From Burkholderiales bacterium (GTDB lineage: Bacteria; Pseudomonadota; Gammaproteobacteria; Burkholderiales; SG8-39), in contig JBIOYV010000111.1 of assembly GCA_044870335.1 (NCBI GenBank), positions 61,943-125,942 of the forward strand: a DNA stretch of 64,000 nt. The letters run 5' to 3'. Every line of letters begins with the position of its first letter. The first letter of the stretch is position 1. The notes under the pieces were generated by a model. That model was given only the letters and a program-made list of their open reading frames with translations, had not been told where the DNA came from and ran no database searches. The position numbers and the translations under genes were made by a program. This document shows positions 8,157 through 18,226 of this stretch, one piece after another.

Positions 8157-10000
8157 TGGGGCTTTTCGGCGGCAGGAAGACCGTTCTCGTCGACGCCGAC
8201 ATCCTCGTCGTCGGCGGCGGCATGGCGGGCTGCGGCGCGACTTACGAAAGCCGCTACTGGGGACGCGACCTGAAGATCGTGTGCGTCGAGAAGGCGAACA
8301 TCGAGAGGAGCGGCGCGGTCGCGCAGGGCCTCTACGCAATCAACTGCTACATGGGCATGCAGTGGAACGAGAACCAGCCCGAGGACCATGTGCGCTACGC
8401 GCGCAACGACCTCATGGGCCTGGTGCGCGAGGACCTGGGCTACGACATCGCGCGCCACGTCGACGGCACGGTGCACAAGTTCGAGGAATGGGGCCTGCCG
8501 ATCATGCGCGACCCCAAGACCGGCCGCTACCAGCGCGAAGGCAAGTGGCAGATCATGATCCACGGCGAGAGCTACAAGCCGATCGTCGCCGAGGCCGCGC
8601 GCAAGGCCGCGACCCAGGTCTACAACCGGATCATGGTGACGCACCTCCTGATGGACTCGGCGAAGCCGAACCGCGTCGCCGGCGCCGTCGGGTTCAACGT
8701 GCGCACAGGCGACTACCACGTGTTCCGAGCCAAGACGGTCATCGTCTGCGCCGGGGGCGCGTCGCACATCTTCAAGCCGCGCGCGGTGGGCGAAGGAATG
8801 GGGCGCACCTGGTATGCGCCGTGGAGCAGCGCGTCGGCCTACGGGCTGCCGATCCAGGTCGGAGCGAAGATGACGCAGATGGAGAACCGCATCGTCCTTA
8901 CCCGCTTCAAGGACGGCTACGGCCCGGTCGGCGCCTACTTCCTCCATCTCAAGACGTACACGCAGAACGGCTACGGCGAGGAGTACGAGAAGAGGTGGTA
9001 CGAGGACACCAAGGCCCTGGTGGGCGACTACGTCGACCGACACCCGGTGCCAACCTGCCTGCGCAACCACGCGCTCCTGAAGGAGGTCGCGGCCGGCCGC
9101 GGTCCGATCCGCATGGTGACCAAGGAGGCGTTCCAGGATCCGCACAAGGAGGTGGTCGGCTGGGAGAACTTCCTCGGCATGACGATCGGCCAGGCGGTGG
9201 TCTGGGCATCGCAGAACATCGATCCCAAGGAGATCAATCCCGAGCTCACCACGTCCGAGCCCTACGTCATGGGCTCGCACGCCACCTGCTCGGGTGCGTG
9301 GGCGAGCGGGCCGGAAGACTACGCTCCCGACGAGTATCAGTGGGGCTACAACCGCATGATGACGGTCGAGGGCCTTTTCGGGGCCGGCGACACCATCGGC
9401 GGCACCGCCCACAAATTTTCGTCAGGCTCGTTCACCGAAGGGCGCATCGCGGCCAAGGCGGCGGTGAAGTACGTGAAGGACATGAAGAACGCCCAGCCGC
9501 AGGTGAGCGAGCAGGAAGTTCGCGACCTGCGGAAAACCATCTACCAGCCGCTCGAGAACTTCCGCGTCGGCCGCAACGAGATCACCGCCGGCACCGTCTC
9601 GCCGAGCTACCTGCTTCCGATCCACGGGCTGCAGCGCCTCGAGAAGATCATGGACGAGTACGTCGGCGGCATCGGCACCAACTACATGACCAACGGCAAG
9701 CTGCTCGAGCGCGGCCTCGAATTGCTGGGCATGCTGAAGGACGACATGAACAGCATGGGCGCCGAGGACCTGCACCAGCTTCAGCGCGTGTGGGAGCTGC
9801 ACCACCGGCTGCTCGCCTCGGAGTCCGTCACCCGCCACACGCTCTTCCGCGAGGAGACGCGCTGGCCGGGGTACTACTATCGGGGCGACCACATGAAGCT
9901 GGATGACGAGAACTGGCACTGCTTCACCCTCTCTCGCTACGACCGCCATAGCGGCGAGTGGACGATGGGGAAGGCGCCGGTCTACCACATCGTCGACTAG
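8156..10000 (+). CDS. aprA: adenylylsulfate reductase alpha subunit
   Basis: FAD-binding motif ILVVGGGMAGCGA and AprA-like sequence throughout. TGATG overlap with aprB. Confidence 0.92.
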   Translation: MGLFGGRKTVLVDADILVVGGGMAGCGATYESRYWGRDLKIVCVEKANIERSGAVAQGLYAINCYMGMQWNENQPEDHVRYARNDLMGLVREDLGYDIARHVDGTVHKFEEWGLPIMRDPKTGRYQREGKWQIMIHGESYKPIVAEAARKAATQVYNRIMVTHLLMDSAKPNRVAGAVGFNVRTGDYHVFRAKTVIVCAGGASHIFKPRAVGEGMGRTWYAPWSSASAYGLPIQVGAKMTQMENRIVLTRFKDGYGPVGAYFLHLKTYTQNGYGEEYEKRWYEDTKALVGDYVDRHPVPTCLRNHALLKEVAAGRGPIRMVTKEAFQDPHKEVVGWENFLGMTIGQAVVWASQNIDPKEINPELTTSEPYVMGSHATCSGAWASGPEDYAPDEYQWGYNRMMTVEGLFGAGDTIGGTAHKFSSGSFTEGRIAAKAAVKYVKDMKNAQPQVSEQEVRDLRKTIYQPLENFRVGRNEITAGTVSPSYLLPIHGLQRLEKIMDEYVGGIGTNYMTNGKLLERGLELLGMLKDDMNSMGAEDLHQLQRVWELHHRLLASESVTRHTLFREETRWPGYYYRGDHMKLDDENWHCFTLSRYDRHSGEWTMGKAPVYHIVD

Positions 10001-10003
10001 AGC

Positions 10004-10046
10004 CGCGCACGGGGCTCGCGCGCCTGCCCGGGCGCGCGGCGGGTCG
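10004..10046. terminator. GC-rich inverted repeat between convergent aprA and the haloperoxidase-like gene. Possible bidirectional terminator.
   Basis: Arms gccgcgcacggggc / gcccgggcgcgcggc. No clear U-tract. Confidence 0.35.
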
Positions 10047-10048
10047 CT

Positions 10049-11374
10049 TTATGGCGCCGAAACGATGCGGCCAGCGTCCAAAGGCTGCGCCGCGTTCGCG
10101 AGGATGTAGTCGGCGATCTTGGCGCCTACGGCTCGGGTTGCCTCGCTCGCGCCCCGGAAATGCATGCCGCCGTAGGTGCGCGCGTCGACGCCTTCCTGCG
10201 CCATGTCCGAGATGCGCGTGTAGCGCCGCGGCTGGACGCCGCCCTCGGGCGGTGCCGGGAAGACGGTGTTGAAGGCGGGGTGAACCTCGAAGCTGTTCGC
10301 GTCGCCGAAGAAGTGCTGAAGCACGCGGGGGGCGGCGCCATGCGATCCCGGATGCGAGGCCGGATATTCCGGGTGATTCGGCGTCGGAATAAGCGGAACC
10401 CAGCTTGAGATCGGGGCGGTGTCCGGGTTGCGGGCGTGCTGCGCGTGCGCAATGGCTTTGATCGGCCGCCAGGTCACTTCCTTGGGATCCATGCCGAAGT
10501 CGCGCTTGGCGCGGAACACCGTCACCGACGTGTCGTGCAGCGCAATCGCGAGCAGCGCGAAGATGCGCGAGTTCTCGGCGCGGCCGGTGCCGTGTGCCTT
10601 GGCGAGCTGAATCGCCGCCTCGACGTAATCGTTGGTGACGTAGCCGTTGAAGAAGTAGGCGATGTACGCCTGGTCCGGGGTGCGGCGAGAGCCGGCCTTC
10701 ACGCCGAATGTCGCGATCTCGTTGAAGCTCTCGGCATAGGCCGCGCTGTCGAGCTTTGCCCAAGGCCGCGGGAAGGCCGGCTGGAACTGGGCGTTGCTAG
10801 TCAGCACGAACGGCGTCGTGAAGGGGAGGTTGCCCGGCGACATGCTGGTAGCGGTCGCGGATTCCCACTGGCCGATGGCTGCGCCGGCGCCGTTGAAAGC
10901 GGGGACCGGAGCGTTGAAGCCGTCGGTCGCACGCCACGCCAGCACCTGGGTCGCGACGCTCTCGCCCCAGGCGATGCCGCGCGCGACGCTCGCCGCGTCG
11001 TCGCGGGCGAACTCGGCGAGAGACCGCGCGCGCTGGTTGTCGAAGCGGCTGAGCTGCGCCGGATAGAACGACTTCAACGTGGCGTAGGCCGCCTGCACCA
11101 GCGCCGCGCGCGCATGAGTTCCGGCCGGCGCCTTCTGCGTCACGAAGACGGGCGTGTATCTGCCAAGGACGCCGTTTTGCGCGTCGAACATTGCGGTGTT
11201 TACCGTCGCAGCCATGCGCATGCTCTGCGGGTTGCCCAAGGTACTTGCGACGATCGCGTCGAGCATCACCTGATTCCACACCAGGGTCTCGTCGACCTCG
11301 ACATCGGCGCAGACGCCGGGCAAGGGAGCGAGCAATGCGATGAACAGGATCGAGCGAAGAAATGCGCTACTCAT
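10049..11374 (-). CDS. PAP2-superfamily vanadium-haloperoxidase-like / acid-phosphatase-like protein, secreted
   Basis: Signal peptide MSSAFLRSILFIALLAPLPGVCA. PAP2 motifs (KRDFG...PEYPSGH...HFRGA). RBS AAGGAGG lies 6 nt before the ATG at 11374. Confidence 0.7.
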   Translation of the reverse strand: MSSAFLRSILFIALLAPLPGVCADVEVDETLVWNQVMLDAIVASTLGNPQSMRMAATVNTAMFDAQNGVLGRYTPVFVTQKAPAGTHARAALVQAAYATLKSFYPAQLSRFDNQRARSLAEFARDDAASVARGIAWGESVATQVLAWRATDGFNAPVPAFNGAGAAIGQWESATATSMSPGNLPFTTPFVLTSNAQFQPAFPRPWAKLDSAAYAESFNEIATFGVKAGSRRTPDQAYIAYFFNGYVTNDYVEAAIQLAKAHGTGRAENSRIFALLAIALHDTSVTVFRAKRDFGMDPKEVTWRPIKAIAHAQHARNPDTAPISSWVPLIPTPNHPEYPASHPGSHGAAPRVLQHFFGDANSFEVHPAFNTVFPAPPEGGVQPRRYTRISDMAQEGVDARTYGGMHFRGASEATRAVGAKIADYILANAAQPLDAGRIVSAP

Positions 11375-11509
11375 GGAGACCTCCTTTAAGAAAGCGTGCG
11401 GCGATTCTTCGCGCCGCGGCACTGCCGGTAAATCCAACGGAGGTCTCGGCCGACCAGTACCAAAGTCTCGGAACCGTGATTCGTGCCGGCGACTCGGGTA
11501 CCCTGTGGC

Positions 11510-12493
11510 ATGCGGGGCCTATCTGTAGCAATCTCCGTCATGCTGCTGTCATGCCTGGCTAACCCGGCATGGAGCGCGGCGCAGCCGGGCAAGACCTACC
11601 GCATCGGTTACCTGTCGCTCGCCCCGATTACCGACAAGCCCTCGCCCGAGCGCGCGGCGTTTTTCCGCGCCATGCGGGAGCTGGGATATATCGAGGGCAA
11701 GAACCTGATCGTCGAATACCGCTCGGCCGAGGCAAACATCGAATCGCTGCCCGATGCGGCCAGCGATCTGGTGGAGCTGAACCCGCCTCTGATCTTCGCC
11801 GTGGGAACCCCGACTGCGCTCGCCGCGAAGCAGGCGACGCAGACGATCCCGATCGTGATGATCGCCGCGGATCCGGTGGAGAACGGCCTGGTCCCCAGCC
11901 TCGCCAGGCCGGGCGGGAATCTGACCGGGCTCTCCTTGTTCGACGCCAGGCTCGCTTCCAAGCGGCTCGAGCTTCTCAGGGAAGCGCTGCCGAAGGCCTC
12001 GCGCATCGCGGTGCTCTGGACGCGCTTCCACCCGGCCCACCTGCAGACGCTGCCGCTGCTGGAAGCCCGCGCGAAGGAGCTCGGCCTCAGGCTGCAGGGA
12101 TTCGAGGTGCCGCGGACCACCGAGCTGCAGCAGGCGTTCGACCGCATGAGCGCGGCGCGGCCGGACGCGATCCTGGTGCTGACCGACTACCGCACGCTCA
12201 CCTATCGTGCGCTGATCGCCGAGTTCGCGGCGAGGAACGGCCTGCCGACGATGTTCGGATCGCCCGAGTCGGTGGAGGCCGGCGGGTTGATGTCGTATGG
12301 AGTGAGGCTCGCCGAGCTGTTCACCCGTGCCGCCGGATTCGTCGATCGGGTGCTGAACGGCGCACGGCCGGGTGACTTGCCGATCGAGCAGCCGAGCCGC
12401 TTCGACCTCGTGGTCAATCGCAGGACCGCGAAGCTGCTGGCGCTGGAGTTGCCGGCGCCGTTACTGCTGCGCGCGACCGTGTTCGTCGAATGA
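11510..12493 (+). CDS. ABC-type substrate-binding protein (COG2984-like, periplasmic) with no transporter partner
   Basis: Signal peptide followed by YRIGYLSL...DLVEL... type-I SBP fold. Stop overlaps the kinase start (ATGA). Confidence 0.8.
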   Translation: MRGLSVAISVMLLSCLANPAWSAAQPGKTYRIGYLSLAPITDKPSPERAAFFRAMRELGYIEGKNLIVEYRSAEANIESLPDAASDLVELNPPLIFAVGTPTALAAKQATQTIPIVMIAADPVENGLVPSLARPGGNLTGLSLFDARLASKRLELLREALPKASRIAVLWTRFHPAHLQTLPLLEARAKELGLRLQGFEVPRTTELQQAFDRMSAARPDAILVLTDYRTLTYRALIAEFAARNGLPTMFGSPESVEAGGLMSYGVRLAELFTRAAGFVDRVLNGARPGDLPIEQPSRFDLVVNRRTAKLLALELPAPLLLRATVFVE

Positions 12494-14727
12494 AGCCCGG
12501 CCGGCGGCTGTTCGCCAAGTACGCTGTCCTGATCATGGCGCTGGTGAGCTTGGCGCTGCTCGCAAGCGCGGCGCTGGAGATCTACGTCTCCTCGCGCGAG
12601 CGCCATGCGACGCTTCTCGCCGCCCAGGACGACAAGGCCAGGTCCGCGGCGGCCAGTGTCTCGCGCTACATCGAGGATCTCGCGCGCCAGATCGAATGGG
12701 CGACGCTGGGCGCCCCGGGTGTCGGCGCCCCGCATCTCGCCGAGCGGCGCATCGACTACTTGAAGCTGCTGCGCCTCGCGCCGGCGATCACCACGGTGAG
12801 TCTCGTAGACGCCGGCGGGCGCGAGCGGCTGAAGGTGTCGCGGGTCGATGCGGACCGCACTGACAGCGGCGAAGACCTTTCGCAGCATCCCGGCTTCGCC
12901 GGCACGCGCGATGGGCGGCTCCACTTCGGCGCGATCCACTTCGCCGATCAGACCGAGCCGCACATGAGCATCGCGGTGCCCACCGCGGTCGGCGATGGTG
13001 CCGTCACGCTTGCCGAAGTGAACCTGAAGTTCGTCTGGACGGTGGTCACCGAGATCAAGGTCGGCGAGCGCGGCTACGCATACGTGGTCGATGCCCGCGG
13101 GCGGCTCGTGGCTCACCCCGACATCAGCCTGGTGCTGCAGATGACCGAGCTCGCCCGGCTGCCGCAGGTCCGGGCCGCGCTCTCCGGCCAGGACGGCATG
13201 GACGCTCGCGACCTGTCCGGGCAGGCTGTGCTTGCGGCGCATGCCGCGATTCCCCCGCTCGGCTGGTTTGTGTTCGTCGAGCAGCCGCGCGACGAGGCGT
13301 TGACGCCCATGTATGCCGCCATGCGGCGCACAGGCTTGCTGCTGCTCCTCGCCCTTGCGCTCGCGCTCGCCGCGAGCCTGATGCTCGTGCGTCGCATGGT
13401 TGCGCCAATCGGCGCGCTGCGCCTGGGCGCGCTAAGAATCGGCGAGGGAAACCTCGGCCACCGCATCCGCGTCGATACCGGCGACGAGCTGGAGGAGCTC
13501 GCCGGGCAGTTCAACCGCATGGCGGCGCAGCTCGAAGACCTTTACGCGGACCTGGAGCGCCGCGTCGCCGAGCGCACGCGCGAGCTCGACGACGCGAACC
13601 AGGCGAAATCGCGCTTCCTCGCCGCCGCGAGCCACGACCTGCGCCAGCCGATGCACGCGCTGAGGCTGTTTGTGGGGCAGTTGCGCTCGGCGAGGCACAG
13701 CACGGACCTGAACGCGCTCGTTGCGAGAATCGAGACCGCCGCGACGGCAATGGGCGAGCTCCTCGACGAACTGCTCGACCTCTCGAAGCTGGACGCGGGC
13801 GTGGTTAGCGCACGGCCGCAGGACCTTCGCATCGCGGACCTGCTGGAATCCATGGCCGCGCAGTTCGCTCCGCTCGCGCGGGAGAAAGGGCTGAAGCTGC
13901 GCATCGTGCCGTCGGGCGCCTGGGTGCATAGCGACCCGGTGCTCCTGCAACGCATCCTCCTCAACCTGCTCTCGAACGCGCTTTCCTACACGGAGCGTGG
14001 TGGAGCGCTTGTCGGCTGCCGACGGCGAGGGCAAAGCCTGCGCATCGCAGTGTGGGACACCGGTTGCGGCATTCCCGAAGACCGCCGGCAGGACGTCTTC
14101 CGCGAGTTCGTGCAACTGGATCACCCGCGGCGCGATCGCAGCAAAGGGCTCGGCCTGGGACTCGCCATCGTGTCGCGGCTTGCGCAGCTTTTGGGCAGCC
14201 GCATCGAGCTGCGCTCGACGGTCGGCCGCGGCTCGATGTTCGCGATCGACGTTCCGCTCGCCGACGCGGCGTCACAGGTCGAGCCGGCGGCGCAGCGCGA
14301 GCCGCAGCAGCACGCGGCGAGCCTGCGCGGTACCTTCGTCGTCATCGTGGAAGACGACGAGCCCGCGCTGGTGGGCACGCAGCGGCTGCTCGAGGACTGG
14401 GGCTGTCTCACGTTGACGGCCGGCAGCGCTGCAGAAGCGCTCGACAGGCTGACCGAGCACGATCGGCCGCCCGAGCTGATCGTATGCGACTACCAGTTGC
14501 GCGCCGGCGTAACAGGAATCGAGGCGATTCGCCACATCCGCATGGCGGCGCAGTGTGCGGTTCCCGCCGTGCTCGTTACCGGAGACACCACCCCGGAGGT
14601 GCTGCGTGCCGCAAACGAGCACGGTCTGCCGGTGCTGCACAAGCCGGTATCGCCGGCTAAGCTGCGCGCGCTGCTCGCGCATTTGCTGGTGTCCGCCCCC
14701 GCCAGCACTCAATTACCGCTCGGCTGA
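12490..14727 (+). CDS. hybrid sensor histidine kinase (periplasmic sensor domain, HAMP, HisKA, HATPase_c, C-terminal REC)
   Basis: Two TM segments around a ~250-aa periplasmic domain. H-box SHDLRQP, G-boxes and a receiver (IVEDDE...CDYQL). Confidence 0.88.
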   Translation: MKPGRRLFAKYAVLIMALVSLALLASAALEIYVSSRERHATLLAAQDDKARSAAASVSRYIEDLARQIEWATLGAPGVGAPHLAERRIDYLKLLRLAPAITTVSLVDAGGRERLKVSRVDADRTDSGEDLSQHPGFAGTRDGRLHFGAIHFADQTEPHMSIAVPTAVGDGAVTLAEVNLKFVWTVVTEIKVGERGYAYVVDARGRLVAHPDISLVLQMTELARLPQVRAALSGQDGMDARDLSGQAVLAAHAAIPPLGWFVFVEQPRDEALTPMYAAMRRTGLLLLLALALALAASLMLVRRMVAPIGALRLGALRIGEGNLGHRIRVDTGDELEELAGQFNRMAAQLEDLYADLERRVAERTRELDDANQAKSRFLAAASHDLRQPMHALRLFVGQLRSARHSTDLNALVARIETAATAMGELLDELLDLSKLDAGVVSARPQDLRIADLLESMAAQFAPLAREKGLKLRIVPSGAWVHSDPVLLQRILLNLLSNALSYTERGGALVGCRRRGQSLRIAVWDTGCGIPEDRRQDVFREFVQLDHPRRDRSKGLGLGLAIVSRLAQLLGSRIELRSTVGRGSMFAIDVPLADAASQVEPAAQREPQQHAASLRGTFVVIVEDDEPALVGTQRLLEDWGCLTLTAGSAAEALDRLTEHDRPPELIVCDYQLRAGVTGIEAIRHIRMAAQCAVPAVLVTGDTTPEVLRAANEHGLPVLHKPVSPAKLRALLAHLLVSAPASTQLPLG

Positions 14728-15386
14728 GCTTTCGCCGGCCCGACGGGGTCAAGCACCAGGCCAATGCGGGCTGCCGCGATTACCGCTTGCGTGCGGCTCG
14801 TCACGCTGAGCGTCTTGAGCACGTGGGTGACGTGATTCTTCACCGTCGACTCGGCGAGATCGAGCTCCCGGCAGATGAGCTTGTTGGACTTGCCCTGCAT
14901 CAACAGGGTCAGGACCTGCGACTGCCGCTCGGTAAGGCCGAGATCCGAAGGCCGCAGCTTCGCGCCGCCGGGCTGCAGCACGGGCTCGGCGCCGCCGAGG
15001 ATTGCGGGCGGAATATAGATCCCGCCCGAGAGCACGAGGCGCAGCGCGCTCGCCAGCACTTCGTTGGACGAGGACTTGGGAATGTATCCCATCGCCCCAT
15101 GGTCGAGCGCCTGGGTGACGCTCGCGCGGTCCTCCGCCGCTGAAATGACCACCACGGACACCGCCGGGTAACGCGTGCGCAGCTCGCCGAGCGCCGCCAG
15201 CCCGTGCATCCCCGGCAGGTTCAGGTCGAGAAGTACGAGCTCCAGTTCCGGCTGCGCTTCGATCAGCGCGAACGCCCGGCCACAGTCGCCGGCTTCGAAG
15301 ACGGTCACCTCGCGCCCGAGTTGCTCGAGAACGCAGCGCAGCGCGTCCCGAATCAGCGCGTGATCGTCCACTATGAGCACTTCCAT
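14709..15386 (-). CDS. LuxR/NarL-family response regulator
   Basis: REC domain (LIVDDH) plus a LuxR HTH (LTERQSQVL...). Convergent with the hybrid kinase and overlaps it by 19 nt. Confidence 0.88.
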   Translation of the reverse strand: MEVLIVDDHALIRDALRCVLEQLGREVTVFEAGDCGRAFALIEAQPELELVLLDLNLPGMHGLAALGELRTRYPAVSVVVISAAEDRASVTQALDHGAMGYIPKSSSNEVLASALRLVLSGGIYIPPAILGGAEPVLQPGGAKLRPSDLGLTERQSQVLTLLMQGKSNKLICRELDLAESTVKNHVTHVLKTLSVTSRTQAVIAAARIGLVLDPVGPAKAQPSGN

Positions 15387-15751
15387 GGCGTCTCAGAGGG
15401 CTCCGAATCGTGGCGGAAAAGAGTTAACCGCGCGCGGGCTCTGACCCCGAATCAGGTGCGCGTCGCCGACGCGCCGGGTAAATTTTATCCGATCGGAATA
15501 CTCCAGCACCTCGATAGCGAGACTGCGGCCGATTCCCGAGCGGTCGCGGAACGCAGCGACCGTTATCCCCCATTACGCGCGAGCTTCCGGGCCACCGTTC
15601 GAGGCTCTTCACCGACGAAGGCAGGAAGAAGCGATTATTGGCATAACGCCGCTTGTCTGCCGCCCTTCCAGCCGAACGCATGACCCATGTGACGGCAACC
15701 ACGGCTCACATCATCGACTGAATCAACGACCTGAAAACGGGTCGGTTAGAC

Positions 15752-15801
15752 TGTAGGTGGACAAGGGCGGGCGTGTTGTAGGTGGACAAGGGCGGGCGTG
15801 T
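15752..15801. repeat. perfect 25-bp tandem direct repeat (2 copies: tgtaggtggacaagggcgggcgtgt)
   Basis: Read directly in the sequence. It lies in a lower-GC intergenic region and overlaps the start of ORF 15798. Confidence 0.8.
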
Positions 15802-16475
15802 CATGGGCAACTTGCGCGGAATACGGGGAGGCTTGCGAGCGGTTGTCCTTGGCCAGAATCCGAGCACGGGCTCGGCCGAACAAGGGGCCGCTCGGCCTGA
15901 ACCCGGACGCGGGCGTTGACACGGCCAAGGAGCTCTCTTACGAGGTCCTCCTCGAGAACCAATCGCGCCACATCGGCGGGTGGGCGAAGAACATCCAGCC
16001 GATCGACAAGGACACGCTCGGCCGATATGGAACCTCGTTCGCTGTTCACGGCAATAACCGAATACGCGTCACCGAAAACGGCATCGACGTCACCGCCGTC
16101 ACTCGGATCTTCAGAGTGTGGCGGGTGTGGTCGGCGCCGTTGGACCGCAGCAGCCGCGACAGGACCGCGGAGTACCGCACCGGCGCGCGCTTCCTCACTG
16201 AGTTTCTCGTCGGCGTTCAGGACAAGCCGGGTTTCGGTGGCCTTCAGTTCATCGTGGTCATCGACGTTACCGGTGTCGACTGCAGGGTGCGCATGTACAA
16301 GGCGCTCTACCGAGCGGAAGCGAAATGGCTGGAGTTGTTCCCCCTGGGGTTCGGATTCAGCGGCGACGACGACAAGGTCACCGTCGGCTTGCCTCCGGGA
16401 AAGCCGGCAGGCAATGAGGAAGACTACGCTCTGGAGCACGACTATGGCTGGAGGAAGTTTCCTCCGGCAAAGTAG
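15798..16475 (+). CDS. hypothetical protein. Start uncertain.
   Basis: High GC3 in this frame but noticeably lower overall GC and rarer codons (tat, aat, ata, cga) than the neighbouring genes. No recognisable domain. The opposite-strand ORF 15801..16439 is judged a shadow ORF. Confidence 0.5.
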   Translation: MSWATCAEYGEACERLSLARIRARARPNKGPLGLNPDAGVDTAKELSYEVLLENQSRHIGGWAKNIQPIDKDTLGRYGTSFAVHGNNRIRVTENGIDVTAVTRIFRVWRVWSAPLDRSSRDRTAEYRTGARFLTEFLVGVQDKPGFGGLQFIVVIDVTGVDCRVRMYKALYRAEAKWLELFPLGFGFSGDDDKVTVGLPPGKPAGNEEDYALEHDYGWRKFPPAK

Positions 16476-16513
16476 CTCTGCGCTGCGTAGACTGAATCCA
16501 AAGGGGAGGGCAC

Positions 16514-17545
<1,032 letters not shown>

Positions 17546-17565
17546 AGAACTCCCAGGGAGGGCTC

Positions 17566-18174
17566 ATGAGAAGGCTGCTGAGACTGCTGACAGGCATCGC
17601 ATTGCTGACCGCGCTGTCAGGTTGCGCCAGCGGCGTTATGAGAGAAGTCGGTTCCCAGGAAATCAGTCCACCGGCGCCCGACAAGGTCAAGGTGGTGTTC
17701 ATGCGCACCTCTTTCGTCGCAGGCGCCATCGGCGCCGAGGTGTTCGAGGTTGTCGACGGCAAACTGAATTTCATCGGGGCGCTGCCCATGGGCAAGAAGG
17801 TGGTGTATGAGACGACGCCCGGGAAAAAGGTGTTCATGGCCTACGGCACCGCCGCCGACTTCATGCTGGGCGACCTGGCGGGCGGGCGTATCTACTATTC
17901 AATCGTCAGGCCCAACTGGGGAACCGGCGGCATGATTCCCACGCCGGTCCGGGCGGACGGCACCTCCGAGTTCCACACGAAAACGCCTGACTTCGCGGGC
18001 TGGGTGAGCGGAACGGCGATGACCGCGCCGGGGCCGGAAGCCAAGGACTGGTTCGACAAGGAACGACCCCGTTACCAGGAAATCTACAGCAGGTACTGGG
18101 AAACCTTCCAGCGCAAGTCGCCCGCCGAGAAGGCCGAGCGCACGCTCAATCCGGGTGACGGCCTGACGAAGTAG
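17566..18174 (+). CDS. lipoprotein (DUF2846-like), 202 aa
   Basis: Lipobox LTALSGC. ATG at 17566 preceded by a GGGAGGG RBS. Tail of ORF 15916..18174. Confidence 0.7.
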   Translation: MRRLLRLLTGIALLTALSGCASGVMREVGSQEISPPAPDKVKVVFMRTSFVAGAIGAEVFEVVDGKLNFIGALPMGKKVVYETTPGKKVFMAYGTAADFMLGDLAGGRIYYSIVRPNWGTGGMIPTPVRADGTSEFHTKTPDFAGWVSGTAMTAPGPEAKDWFDKERPRYQEIYSRYWETFQRKSPAEKAERTLNPGDGLTK

Positions 18175-18226
18175 TTTCGGCCAAGCTTTTATGCTTGAAT
18201 AGCCTTTCCATATAACGGGAAGGCTC

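Noticed and set aside
15801-16439. 212-aa minus-strand ORF opposite the hypothetical gene 15798..16475
   Set aside because: The plus-strand frame has the higher GC3 and a less Arg-biased translation. The minus-strand ORF is judged to be its shadow.
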